Shown here one piece after another: positions 48,042 to 58,324 of a stretch of 64,000 bases of DNA. Source of the DNA: an uncultured virus (IMG/VR IMGVR_UViG_3300042923_001406) (lineage: Duplodnaviria; Heunggongvirae; Uroviricota; Caudoviricetes); IMG/VR virus record IMGVR_UViG_3300042923_001406; one strand, given 5' to 3'. Position 1 is the stretch's first letter; each line of letters starts with the position of its first letter. The notes under the pieces are model-generated. The model ran no database searches and was not told where the DNA came from. It worked only from the letters and a program-made list of their open reading frames with translations. The position numbers were made by a program, and so were the translations under genes.

Positions 48042-50039
48042 ATGATAATTGCAACTAAAACGGTAGATTCTTTATTAAAAGGATTAGTAAATTCTGATTC
48101 ATTAATGATTTCAAGATTAGAATCTATAATGTCATCAATACAATTAGATCCAAATATATCACAACCAAAAAAGGAAATGTATATATTATCTTCAGACGAT
48201 ATAAAAACTCCTAACAGTAGAAAATTATTTATAGAATCATTAGATAGTAAACATCAAAATTCTATTATAATGTTTATAAATAAAACTAATAAAGAAATAA
48301 AAGAGTTAAATACTAATATATTTGATTCTTATCTTGTTAAACCTAGTAAGGATAATGTAAAACAAAAATTATTAGAACTAGTACAAGAGTCTGAAAATAA
48401 AACTAAATTTAAACAATCAGAAATAAAAGAAGAAGATAACTTTTCTATAAAAAATATGGTAGGAGAAATTAAGAAAGAAGACATAAAAGAAGATAACATT
48501 CAAGAAGTATCTATTACTTTAGACTTACCAAAAGAAGAAAAGGTTGAAGAAGTAAATGATACTGGTTATAATGATCTATTAAGTAGAATACAAAGAACAG
48601 AAAATTGGGCATCATTAACAACTATAGTATCAGAAGTTTCAGCTTCAAGAATAGTACAGGAAATAACTAAAGCAAATGCTTCATTTAGACAATCTGAAAA
48701 TTATATATCATCATTATATGAAAATATAGATGCTATATTATCTAATCCAACCTATAGTATAGAAACACAATTATCTAAGGTACGTGCTATATTACATGAT
48801 AAAGCACATATAAAAGCTAAAACTAATTCTATAGTTGAACAAGAAGTTGAAAAGATAATAAAAGTTATAATAGATAAATCAAAAGAAGAAGTAGAAAGAA
48901 AAACAAAAGATTTAGATGAAAAAATAGCTTATGCTATAAGAAATAAATCAACAGCAGAAGCAGATAATGTAAGATTATCTACTATAATTGAAGAAAGAGC
49001 TAAAATATTAATTGAATTAAATGCTTTAGATTTAGAAATAAAAGGATTATCTACAATCTGTAATAATACTATAAATGATACAGTAGATAATACATTATCA
49101 GAAAGTACAAATTCTACAAAATCTCCAATATTAGATTCTCAATTATCAGCTAGATATGGGACTATAGTACCAGATAATATATTAGATATATTAGATAACT
49201 TATTTTCAATAGGTGCAGAATCAAATAAAGAATTTGGTGAAATGTCAAATGCTGTAGGTTCAACTATAAGAAAATTATATAGTTTATTATCTTTATATCA
49301 AGAAGAAAATGAAGTTTTAGCAAATACTATAAGATATTTAAGAGCTAATAATGTAGAAGACACTGTATTAGCTAATACTATTTTAAAGAAGACAAGTAGA
49401 TTATTTATATCTTCTAATAATTTTGATAGTATTACATTATCTTATATGATATCTAAACATAATTCTAGAAAGAATAATAATGTTTTATTAGTAGATCTAA
49501 CTAATACAGATGTATTAGATTTATTTGGAATAGATAAAATAAAATATTCATATTTTATGGAAAGAGAAATGATTGAAGATAAATTTAAAGTTATATCAGT
49601 ATATGGTGATGAAGGTGTTGAAGTTAAAACATTTGAAGATTATCAAAGATTATCAACAAAATTATTACAATATGCAAAACACTATTCAATGATTAATATT
49701 ATTTGTTTACCAGAACAAAAAGAATTAATAGAATCTATGAAAGAAGATGTTTTATCTATTACATATTTAGTAGATTGTTATCCAGTAAGTATAAATGAAA
49801 TGAAAGATTGTATAATTAAATCTAAAGTAGATAATACAGCTTATAAGGTTATACTAGTTAATTATATGAATAATTCATCATCTATTTGTAAACAATTAAA
49901 CATATTAGATAGATTAGATATTCAATTAGCTATGTGTGATCCTATAAAAGAAATAAGATATTGTTCTTTGTTTAAACAAGATCCTTATAATGTAGAATCT
50001 ATAATAGAAGATTGTGTAGGTGTCTTTAAAATATGTTAA
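48042..50039 (+). CDS. coiled-coil protein with a degenerate C-terminal MinD/ParA-like domain (TadZ/CpaE-like architecture)
   Basis: Long coiled coil; NVLLVDL and KVILVNY with no intact Walker A; overlaps the secretion ATPase gene. Confidence 0.45.
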   Translation: MIIATKTVDSLLKGLVNSDSLMISRLESIMSSIQLDPNISQPKKEMYILSSDDIKTPNSRKLFIESLDSKHQNSIIMFINKTNKEIKELNTNIFDSYLVKPSKDNVKQKLLELVQESENKTKFKQSEIKEEDNFSIKNMVGEIKKEDIKEDNIQEVSITLDLPKEEKVEEVNDTGYNDLLSRIQRTENWASLTTIVSEVSASRIVQEITKANASFRQSENYISSLYENIDAILSNPTYSIETQLSKVRAILHDKAHIKAKTNSIVEQEVEKIIKVIIDKSKEEVERKTKDLDEKIAYAIRNKSTAEADNVRLSTIIEERAKILIELNALDLEIKGLSTICNNTINDTVDNTLSESTNSTKSPILDSQLSARYGTIVPDNILDILDNLFSIGAESNKEFGEMSNAVGSTIRKLYSLLSLYQEENEVLANTIRYLRANNVEDTVLANTILKKTSRLFISSNNFDSITLSYMISKHNSRKNNNVLLVDLTNTDVLDLFGIDKIKYSYFMEREMIEDKFKVISVYGDEGVEVKTFEDYQRLSTKLLQYAKHYSMINIICLPEQKELIESMKEDVLSITYLVDCYPVSINEMKDCIIKSKVDNTAYKVILVNYMNNSSSICKQLNILDRLDIQLAMCDPIKEIRYCSLFKQDPYNVESIIEDCVGVFKIC

Positions 50040-51412
50040 ACTTAAATGGAATATTAGAAATTCAAACTATCAATGCAATTAACAATATAGTAACAACAAG
50101 ATTTAAGGATAGTTCAATTTTTAAAACACCTGAGAGCTTAATACTTTACGAACAAAATTACTTAGATAAAGATAAGTTGTTACTACTGTGTAATGAGGTA
50201 TATGAAGAAAGACTTGAAGAGCCTATAGCAACTTATATACCTAAAGATATTGTAAACTTATTCAAACATACAAATGCAGTTCCAATAAGATATATAGCAT
50301 CTAAAAGAGAAGTAAGTGTTTTATATATACCAGAATATTCTATAATAAAACCAACTACAACCTTATATGATATAATCTACATTCCAACTACACTACATTA
50401 TTTTATTTTAAATTATACAAGATATTATGGTAATTTTAAAGAATTATTAGAAATATCAGGAAAATTAGCTTTAAATATGATAATAGAAGAAGCTATAAAT
50501 TTGGATGTACCAGATTTAACTATAACTAATCAAGAAGAACAAGTTATAGTTTATTATAATTATAAAAAAGAAAAATTAATGGCTAATAATATTTTTCCAA
50601 GATATATAATGGATGAAATTATAAAAGTTTTTACTATAGGAACACCTATTTCTGACTTAAGTGATAATAAAGCTAAATATGTGGGTTATGATATAGATGA
50701 AGAATATAGGGCAAGAGTAGTAATAAATAAAAATTATTATGGTCATGTAATAACAATAAGATTATTTCCACAATCTTTATTTAATAAAAAATTAGAAGAT
50801 TTAAATATTAATAAAGATTTGATAAATTTCTTAAGAGATAAAAATATACAAAATAGTAATGGATTAAGAGTCATAGTTGGTGCAACTATGAGTGGTAAAA
50901 ATACTACAGCTTTAGCTATTTTAAAAGAAATAGTTGATAATGGTAAAAGTAAAGTAGTATCTATAGAAATGCCTGTAGAACAGAGGTTGTTAGGTGTTGA
51001 ACAAATAGATACAGAAGTTATAGAAGAATATAAATCAAATATAGAATCATTAATACATCAAAACCCAGATTTTGTATATATAACAGAAACTAAAGATGAA
51101 ACTGGACCTTCAGTTATGAGGATAGCTAACACTGGTAAAAAAGTATTAACAACATTACATAGTAATTCTGTTTCAGATACAATATCAAGGTTAATAGATA
51201 TAACACAATTATCAAGTAATAGAATAATACAAGTATTACACTCTATTATATATCAAGAATTAGTTAAGATTGATGATGAAATATATCCTATAAATAAATT
51301 TGTATATTTTGATGATGATTTTAAAAATGAATTATATGATAAATCTTTTGGTGAAATAATAAAATTAATTAAAAATAGAGAAAAAGGAGGATTAAAAGAT
51401 GAATTACTTTAA
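50033..51412 (+). CDS. PilB/GspE/VirB11-family secretion ATPase
   Basis: GATMSGKNTT, SIEMPVE, QNPDFVYITETKD and TG..VLTTLH.NS. Confidence 0.9.
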   Translation: MLNLNGILEIQTINAINNIVTTRFKDSSIFKTPESLILYEQNYLDKDKLLLLCNEVYEERLEEPIATYIPKDIVNLFKHTNAVPIRYIASKREVSVLYIPEYSIIKPTTTLYDIIYIPTTLHYFILNYTRYYGNFKELLEISGKLALNMIIEEAINLDVPDLTITNQEEQVIVYYNYKKEKLMANNIFPRYIMDEIIKVFTIGTPISDLSDNKAKYVGYDIDEEYRARVVINKNYYGHVITIRLFPQSLFNKKLEDLNINKDLINFLRDKNIQNSNGLRVIVGATMSGKNTTALAILKEIVDNGKSKVVSIEMPVEQRLLGVEQIDTEVIEEYKSNIESLIHQNPDFVYITETKDETGPSVMRIANTGKKVLTTLHSNSVSDTISRLIDITQLSSNRIIQVLHSIIYQELVKIDDEIYPINKFVYFDDDFKNELYDKSFGEIIKLIKNREKGGLKDELL

Positions 51413-51713
51413 TAATAATTTAGATATTTATAATCTTTTAAGAAAAGTTGTTTATAATACTCAACATATGTTTATAGAAGATACTTCTAAATTAAAAATA
51501 ACTCCTTATCCTAGAATGGAAGAATCAAATTTTATAATATCGGAAGATTTATTAAAAAGAAATAAATCTATACTAACAGCTCATATATTAGAAGAATATA
51601 AACCTAATAAAATTAAGTTAGAAAGATTAATGAGAGAATCAAATACATTATTAATAGATATACTTATAAATGATATTGGAGGTGTACGGGGTGTTCCAAT
51701 ATCGAGCTGTTAA
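51399..51713 (+). CDS. hypothetical protein
   Basis: Overlapping operonic ORF; GGAGG RBS. Confidence 0.65.
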   Translation: MNYFNNNLDIYNLLRKVVYNTQHMFIEDTSKLKITPYPRMEESNFIISEDLLKRNKSILTAHILEEYKPNKIKLERLMRESNTLLIDILINDIGGVRGVPISSC

Positions 51714-52284
51714 AAAAGGAACAGAATTAAATTATAAATGGTATTTATTTAGTTTGAGTGATTGTCCTATATTATTATGGGAAGACGCTTTTTGTTTATA
51801 TAATAAAAAGAAATCACCTATACTATTATATGATACTATTGTTAGAGGACATTATAATTATAATTATTTTGAAGGAGATATTATAATAGATAAAATGTTA
51901 AATAAAGAGCTTGGTATTGTTGTATATAATAATGGATTTTTTATGCAAAATAGAAATACATTTGAGAAAAAACCTATACCTGACGGACATATATACATAG
52001 TTAAGGCGAACAAAGAGTCAATAGATTTTTTATATACATTAAACCGTACTCCAATACAATTTAGAAGTTCTGAATTAATTTTCGATTTTATGGATTTAGT
52101 GTCTATAATAAATGATATTATATTAAATGTTTTGATAATGAATCAACATAGAACTATAAATATAAATATGGTTACTGAATTGATTTATTATGATAGTACA
52201 GAAGATGTAAAAATATATGAAGGAGATATCATTAATGGAAGCATAGCGTCCATAGATAATATAAAAGATATCATTACAAAATAA
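51691..52284 (+). CDS. YopX-like protein
   Basis: FQYRA N-terminus, YFEGDII and IYEGDII; GTG start after GGAGG. Confidence 0.5.
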   Translation: MFQYRAVKKGTELNYKWYLFSLSDCPILLWEDAFCLYNKKKSPILLYDTIVRGHYNYNYFEGDIIIDKMLNKELGIVVYNNGFFMQNRNTFEKKPIPDGHIYIVKANKESIDFLYTLNRTPIQFRSSELIFDFMDLVSIINDIILNVLIMNQHRTININMVTELIYYDSTEDVKIYEGDIINGSIASIDNIKDIITK

Positions 52285-52292
52285 AGGAGAAG

Positions 52293-53426
52293 ATGATGAA
52301 AGTAAAAGGTATAACAATTGATAACGGAGGTTCTGAATTAAGGTATATTTCTTCAGAAAACTCAGAAGAGGTAATTGCATGTGAAAAGAATATATCAATA
52401 TTGGATAGAGGTACATTTAGAATAAAAGATAACTTAGAAGAACTAGATATAGTAGATATAGTAGAATCTACTAATGATGGTTATGAGGGTATGTATGCCA
52501 CAGGATATGGTTACTATTTATATGATGGTATAGATATGGCATTAAATACTCAAACTAAGAAAACAAGTAATCATGCATGGTATAAACAAGTGTTAGTTAC
52601 AATAGCAAAAGATGCTATGAAATATAAATTATTAAAATTAGAGGAAGGTAACTATGAAGCTAATCTAATAGATTTAGATTATGCAGTTATAACTTTAATA
52701 CCAGCTAAAGAACATTCTGGATCTGAAGATTTCGTGTCTAAATTAAAGAAAGATTTATGTGGTACATATACTGCAGAATTTCCTGTAATAACAAAAGGGT
52801 GTAATTTAGTTACATTTAATATATCAGAAGAAAATATTGGTGTTCTACCAGAAGGAGTAATAGCTATAACTTCTTTAAATAAAGAAGATTTAACAGATGA
52901 AACATATAGCCTTATTATTGATATGGGACATGTGACTACTGACATCGCTATATTTAAAGGTACAAGAATGATAGGTAATACTGTTAAATCTTTACCTGAA
53001 GCTGGTGGTACATTAATGAATCTTATAGAGGGAGTTTTAGAAGACAATGGTTGTATAAGCACTGATGAATCAAAAATAAAAGCATTCACAACTTATAAAG
53101 CTACTCTAAAGAAAAAAGAGATAGATTTATCAAAAGATATAGAGAGAACAAAAGATTTATTCATTGTTAATTATATCAAAGATGATATAATAAAAATAAT
53201 AGGCTTAGCTGGAATTTCATCAAATGTAATACAGAATTTCATACCTATTGGTGGAGTTTTAGGTGTTAAAAATCCTAATACAGAAAATTATGATTTAATA
53301 GATAAAATTGTTGAAGAATGTAATTTAATAAATGCAGAAGTGCAAATATTAGATGAAGATTTAAGACATGTCAATATTAATAAAGCACATAATTACTGTA
53401 CTAATATGTTAAGAAAGATGGGATAA
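52293..53426 (+). CDS. ParM/StbA actin-like partition ATPase
   Basis: IDNGGSELR, LPEG, IDMGHVTTD and IGG actin-fold motifs. Confidence 0.85.
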   Translation: MMKVKGITIDNGGSELRYISSENSEEVIACEKNISILDRGTFRIKDNLEELDIVDIVESTNDGYEGMYATGYGYYLYDGIDMALNTQTKKTSNHAWYKQVLVTIAKDAMKYKLLKLEEGNYEANLIDLDYAVITLIPAKEHSGSEDFVSKLKKDLCGTYTAEFPVITKGCNLVTFNISEENIGVLPEGVIAITSLNKEDLTDETYSLIIDMGHVTTDIAIFKGTRMIGNTVKSLPEAGGTLMNLIEGVLEDNGCISTDESKIKAFTTYKATLKKKEIDLSKDIERTKDLFIVNYIKDDIIKIIGLAGISSNVIQNFIPIGGVLGVKNPNTENYDLIDKIVEECNLINAEVQILDEDLRHVNINKAHNYCTNMLRKMG

Positions 53427-53427
53427 A

Positions 53428-53766
53428 ATGAGAGTAACAATAACTCTAGGAGAAAAAGCTTTAGAGTTTGTTACTGGTATTCCAGAAGAGGAACTTCCTG
53501 AAATATTATCAGACGTTTTAGAAAGATCATTAAAATCTCAAGTAAAGTCTATAGAAAATATTATAGTTGAAAAAGAAGATAATAATGAATATTTATTAAG
53601 TAAATTCAAGGAAATGATGGTTGATATATTAAATTCTCAACCATCTAATTCCTCTTCAGAGGATATTAGATCTATTAAAAGTAATACAAAGAAAGTAATA
53701 TTAAAAAAGACTAAAGAATCAAGTAATGATATTAATGACTTTGATGTTTTTAATTTACTTAAATAA
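53428..53766 (+). CDS. putative ParR-like adaptor
   Basis: Small gene directly after ParM; N-terminal beta-helix-helix (RHH-like) pattern and a low-complexity tail. Confidence 0.55.
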   Translation: MRVTITLGEKALEFVTGIPEEELPEILSDVLERSLKSQVKSIENIIVEKEDNNEYLLSKFKEMMVDILNSQPSNSSSEDIRSIKSNTKKVILKKTKESSNDINDFDVFNLLK

Positions 53767-53783
53767 AAGGAGGTATACACTAA

Positions 53784-54410
53784 ATGGAAAATTATGTGAT
53801 AGACTTAATTTTAAGTGAAAAACATGTTTTAATTCTAAAGAAAGAAAATTTATTATCAGATTTAGTTAAATGTTCTAAAGATGTTGTTATAGAAAATATA
53901 ATAAACTATATAAATAAATCTAATAATGAAGAAATAAAAAATATATTAAAAGAAGCATACAAAGATAAATTATATCTTCTTGAGATATCTAATGACAATT
54001 TAATGATTGACAAAGTAAATACAGTTAGTAAATACACATATGATTCAATACATGCTGGATTAACTATTGAAGAATTAAATATTATGAAAAATAATATTAA
54101 TAGTTTATTAAATAAAGATTATACAGTACCATATATAAATGTAATACCAAGTAATATAATAAGTGGTATTATAAACACTTTATTAGCTCTTAATAAAGTT
54201 AATAAAGATAAAGAATATAAGATATTAGCGTATAATTTTGAGGCGGCAATAGAATCATTTAGAGACAAACCTAGAGCAACAGCGAAAGGTACAATATTTA
54301 AGCCTATATCAAAAATAAATAATGAATTAGTAATAATGGTAAAAGGTATTGATTTTTTAATAAATCAGAAAACACTTAATTTACCAGTAGAATCTTGGAG
54401 GTATTTTTAA
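53784..54410 (+). CDS. hypothetical protein
   Basis: AAGGAGG RBS. Confidence 0.7.
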   Translation: MENYVIDLILSEKHVLILKKENLLSDLVKCSKDVVIENIINYINKSNNEEIKNILKEAYKDKLYLLEISNDNLMIDKVNTVSKYTYDSIHAGLTIEELNIMKNNINSLLNKDYTVPYINVIPSNIISGIINTLLALNKVNKDKEYKILAYNFEAAIESFRDKPRATAKGTIFKPISKINNELVIMVKGIDFLINQKTLNLPVESWRYF

Positions 54411-55423
54411 TGTCTATTTTAAGAATATTTAACGTTTCCGATTATATTTATGCAGGTGCAGCTCCAAGAGATAAAAAGAATAGTTATTCTAAAATGCCAT
54501 ATTACTATGCAGGAGTAAGAGAATTACCATCTGGTGAATATTCTGCCAGTAAATTACCTACTGGTGGATTGTCTTTTATGCTAAACCCTATATTTGAAAG
54601 TTTTACTCAAGATGTTAATAAGGAAGAAACGTTAATATTTTGTATAGATTCAACTCCAACAATAAAGTCAAATATGTATAAAGAACTTTTAAAAGATGAA
54701 AAAGGATATAAAGCAAATAGACAGAAACCACCAATAGAAGTAATAATACAAAAAGAAGCAATAAAAGATTTATTAAAATTAGTATCACCTAATGTATTAC
54801 AAGTAGAAGGTTATGAAGCAGATGATATTATATCATCAATTGTTCATAAATATAAAAAGCATTATGACAAAGTAATAATACACACAAGAGATTCAGATTT
54901 ATATTGCTTAGTTGATGATAATGTTATAATAGATTTAGTAGGAACACAAGGTAAAGTTGTTACTAAAGAAAATTATGGTGATGTATTAAGAAATAGAGAG
55001 AATTATCCATTAAAATTTAATAGTATTTTATTGGAAAAATTATATTACAGTGACGTTTCAGATAATATACCTGGTGTTGGATTAGAAATAAGAAAACAAG
55101 TAGAATCTTTTATACCAGAAGATAATTATAAATTTTTAATTAACTTTAATATATTAAGATCATGGGTTGCACAAGCTACAAACTATAATAAAATAGTTAT
55201 AGGTGTATTAGATTTAATTATACCTTTATCAGTACCAGATGAGTTCTTAGAAGTTTATGATGAAATAATTGAATTTGATAAATTAGCTTATATGGGATAT
55301 AAAATTCAAAATAAATATTGTAAAACTAATCACTGGTTTGATGGTGATAAAGAAGATGTAAAAGAAGTACTAAATTATTACACAGATGAATTTTATATGA
55401 GAGGAGGAAGATTTAATGGCTGA
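54410..55423 (+). CDS. 5'-3' exonuclease / flap endonuclease (PolA N-terminal-like)
   Basis: YKANR, GYEADDII, TRDSDL and D.SDNIPGVG. Confidence 0.9.
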   Translation: MSILRIFNVSDYIYAGAAPRDKKNSYSKMPYYYAGVRELPSGEYSASKLPTGGLSFMLNPIFESFTQDVNKEETLIFCIDSTPTIKSNMYKELLKDEKGYKANRQKPPIEVIIQKEAIKDLLKLVSPNVLQVEGYEADDIISSIVHKYKKHYDKVIIHTRDSDLYCLVDDNVIIDLVGTQGKVVTKENYGDVLRNRENYPLKFNSILLEKLYYSDVSDNIPGVGLEIRKQVESFIPEDNYKFLINFNILRSWVAQATNYNKIVIGVLDLIIPLSVPDEFLEVYDEIIEFDKLAYMGYKIQNKYCKTNHWFDGDKEDVKEVLNYYTDEFYMRGGRFNG

Positions 55424-55874
55424 TAAGAAATTTCCTAGTTTAAGTAGTTTTTTAAATATGACAAATAATATAGATAAAACTACATTAAATTCTGCTATAA
55501 ACAAAGGAGTAGAACAAGAAGTATCAAGAATATTAAATGAGACTTCAGTTAAATTATCTTTTGGTAATAATCTTTCAGAAAATGTTGAACCACACGATAC
55601 TTCTACATTTATAAAGGAAAGTGTAAAAGAATCTATTGAAGCAAATGCTGCTCGTGTTAAATCATTGTTAGAAGATATTTTTTCAGACTATGCTGTATCT
55701 AAAGAAAGAGAAGAATTTTGGGTAAATAAATTATGCAAACAATTTAATATAGATAAGAATTTACCTTTTGAAGAAAGAGCAGCATTAATAGATAAAATGT
55801 TAGCAGAAGATTCTGACACTCTTAATTATGTTTCATTTATTGTTGAGACTGGAGAGCAGAAGAATAATAATTAA
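55416..55874 (+). CDS. hypothetical protein
   Basis: GAGGAGG RBS. Confidence 0.7.
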   Translation: MADKKFPSLSSFLNMTNNIDKTTLNSAINKGVEQEVSRILNETSVKLSFGNNLSENVEPHDTSTFIKESVKESIEANAARVKSLLEDIFSDYAVSKEREEFWVNKLCKQFNIDKNLPFEERAALIDKMLAEDSDTLNYVSFIVETGEQKNNN

Positions 55875-55914
55875 TTGAGTTGTTTCGTAAATTTGCAAAA
55901 CTGAAATTAGTACA

Positions 55915-55949
55915 AACAAAAAATTTTAGTTCATAGACATATATACTTG
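55915..55949 (+). promoter_or_regulatory. conserved bipartite motif copy 5
   Basis: AACAAAAA-N12-AGACATATATACTTG. Confidence 0.7.
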
Positions 55950-55985
55950 TGTAGAAGAATACGTTGAAAGAGAGGAGAGAAGTAA

Positions 55986-56576
55986 ATGACTAATACAAGT
56001 CTAAAGTTAGAAAAGAATAATATTTTAGCCTTTTTAGTCAAACCTAATAATGGTTTTACTGAACATTATGTCAGTAGTCAACCTCTTAATCTGTACATTC
56101 CTTATACTCAATATCTTTCTTTAGTAAAAGAATTGATTTATTTAAATCTTAATATATTAAGAACAGATATTAGTACGTACAAGAATGCAATATCCTATGG
56201 GGACTTTAGTACACAGATGTTAAAGCTTTATCACTATGATATTGCACTAGCTGGATTAGAAGAATTACATAAATCTAACAACAGTAACCATCAATGTACA
56301 AGAATATTTGGATTAATTGATGAGTACAAAGGTAAGTTTATAGTTAAAACTATATCATATGATAATTCAGCTGAGTTTCTAGTAGCGAACTTCTCACAAG
56401 ATGAAAGAACGGTTTTTACAAATTTAATGCTCAAAAAGAAACCTTTAGATTTTAAAAAGGTTTTACAAACAGATGAAATTATAAATAACGGTAATATGTT
56501 AAGTATAATTTTATTATATTTTGGAGTTTATATTTCTGAAAACCCTAAATTTATAATATCTATAGAGGAGGAGTAA
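55986..56576 (+). CDS. hypothetical protein
   Basis: GAGGAG RBS; first gene after motif copy 5. Confidence 0.75.
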   Translation: MTNTSLKLEKNNILAFLVKPNNGFTEHYVSSQPLNLYIPYTQYLSLVKELIYLNLNILRTDISTYKNAISYGDFSTQMLKLYHYDIALAGLEELHKSNNSNHQCTRIFGLIDEYKGKFIVKTISYDNSAEFLVANFSQDERTVFTNLMLKKKPLDFKKVLQTDEIINNGNMLSIILLYFGVYISENPKFIISIEEE

Positions 56577-56577
56577 T

Positions 56578-58227
56578 ATGTTAAGTAAAGCTAAAATAAG
56601 TCAGATTAGAAGTGGATTCCAAAAAGTTTATAACATTAAAACTATCTCAGATGACGACATTATTAAGTATGGTACAGAAATTATTACTTGTGCAAGAAAG
56701 TTCCCTTTTGAAGAAAAAGATGAAGATTTATTTCTGATGAGACTTACAGAAATACAAGATTTAGGGGATAATGACAAAATACAAGAATATATTTCTAGAG
56801 TTCCACATAATGTATTTTCAGGAAAGTTTTATACAAGGTATGAAAAGTTATTTGAAATTGGCAGGTTAAATAAAATTGGTTATTTAGGTAATTCTAACTC
56901 TGAACCTGAATTAGAACCAGAATTTAAAAATGAAGAATTAGAAGAGTTAGAAGAAGAAAAAGTAGTTAGTACTGGCGAAACTAAAGATGAAGAAGGTAAT
57001 TTTAACAATGAAATGGAGAAACAGACCAATTCTGTCGTTGAACCTACTTTGAATAGTGAAGCTGTAACTATAGATAAAAATAATAACATCCTTGAGGAGG
57101 AAAAGAGAATGAGTAACGCAATAGAACAATTACAGCAAGAAGCTGGCATGGTAGGAGTAGGAACAAACGTAATAACTGACCCTAATTTGGGAGTAGATGC
57201 TAATTCAAGAGCAGCAGCAAGAGAATTAGTTGAAAATGAATCAAAAGAAAGAATGAATTATTCTGAAAAAGCAACAATAAATAAAGTATTAACAGTAGGA
57301 ATCAAAAGAGAAGAAAAAGCTGTTCAGGGAAGAGCAACAATGGGTAAAGTATCTAACGCTGCTAAAGCTTTAGAAAAATTCAAGACAATAACTGGATTTG
57401 ATGAAGTTAACGGAGCTATTTCTTTTAAATATCTTCATGCTTCACAAACACAAGATGACGCTATGAAAGTTTACAATGAACTTTTATCAGCAATTGCTGA
57501 TCCTAATCATTTAGTTAAACCTTTCTATGGAAGAGAAGACATGGATGCACCTATTACTATAAAAGGTATAGTAATTGATACTCCAGATAAGAAAGAAATT
57601 CAGCTTTCACAGAAAGATATTGCAAGTCATATTCTTCAAAATTGTATGCTTTTACTTAAAGTTGGTGGAACATCAGGAGCTCAGTTCCAGATTGATGCTG
57701 CTAAACCTAAGAAAGGTGCTCAACCTAAGAAATCATATGTTGTTAGAATAGCTAACAAAGCTAATCTTCTTGATGACACTACAGTTTGTATTCCTGTTAA
57801 ATTAGTTAATAGAGAAGTTATGGCTGATTCAAGAACTCCATTCAAATCAGAATTGGCAGTAGCAGTTTATTCACAAAATGCTGCATCACAAGCTGGTGGA
57901 GAAAAGAAGAAAATTACTTGGAGAATTCCTTTAGATGTAGAGCAATTTAAAGTTGACATTGTACAAGATTATTCTGAATTGTTTGCTAACGCAGGTGTTG
58001 GAAGATCAACTCCATCAATCTCATTGGAAGATGCAGCTAACGTTGAGAAAGCTATGGAGACATTGGCTAATATTACTGCTGCTGAAATCAGCAAAGGTAA
58101 AGAAAGTATTCTTAACACAGATATGATAGCTAAATTTGAAGAAAACAAAAAAGGTATCATGACTGCTGAATCAGAAGAAGTTAACAAAGCTTTAGGCGGA
58201 AAGAAAGACGAAAACGACTTTGAATAA
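56578..58227 (+). CDS. hypothetical protein with a probable internal in-frame start at 57109
   Basis: 549 aa ORF; acidic linker, then GAGGAGG-N8-ATG. Confidence 0.75.
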   Translation: MLSKAKISQIRSGFQKVYNIKTISDDDIIKYGTEIITCARKFPFEEKDEDLFLMRLTEIQDLGDNDKIQEYISRVPHNVFSGKFYTRYEKLFEIGRLNKIGYLGNSNSEPELEPEFKNEELEELEEEKVVSTGETKDEEGNFNNEMEKQTNSVVEPTLNSEAVTIDKNNNILEEEKRMSNAIEQLQQEAGMVGVGTNVITDPNLGVDANSRAAARELVENESKERMNYSEKATINKVLTVGIKREEKAVQGRATMGKVSNAAKALEKFKTITGFDEVNGAISFKYLHASQTQDDAMKVYNELLSAIADPNHLVKPFYGREDMDAPITIKGIVIDTPDKKEIQLSQKDIASHILQNCMLLLKVGGTSGAQFQIDAAKPKKGAQPKKSYVVRIANKANLLDDTTVCIPVKLVNREVMADSRTPFKSELAVAVYSQNAASQAGGEKKKITWRIPLDVEQFKVDIVQDYSELFANAGVGRSTPSISLEDAANVEKAMETLANITAAEISKGKESILNTDMIAKFEENKKGIMTAESEEVNKALGGKKDENDFE

Positions 58228-58242
58228 TAGATAAATAAATAG

Positions 58243-58271
58243 AAAAGGCTGTGTATAATACACAGCCTTTT
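58243..58271 (+). terminator. intrinsic terminator (symmetric, A-tract before and T-tract after)
   Basis: AAAAGGCTGTGTA-taa-TACACAGCCTTTT. Confidence 0.85.
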
Positions 58272-58324
58272 ATTGCAATTTAATTTAATTGATTTGAAAT
58301 AATATACAAGGAGTTGTATTAATT

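Noticed and set aside
2950..55949. Reading the 15-bp repeat as CRISPR repeats, IS ends or att sites
   Set aside because: Copies are single, many kb apart, co-oriented and paired with a fixed upstream box; no cas, transposase or integrase gene is in the window.
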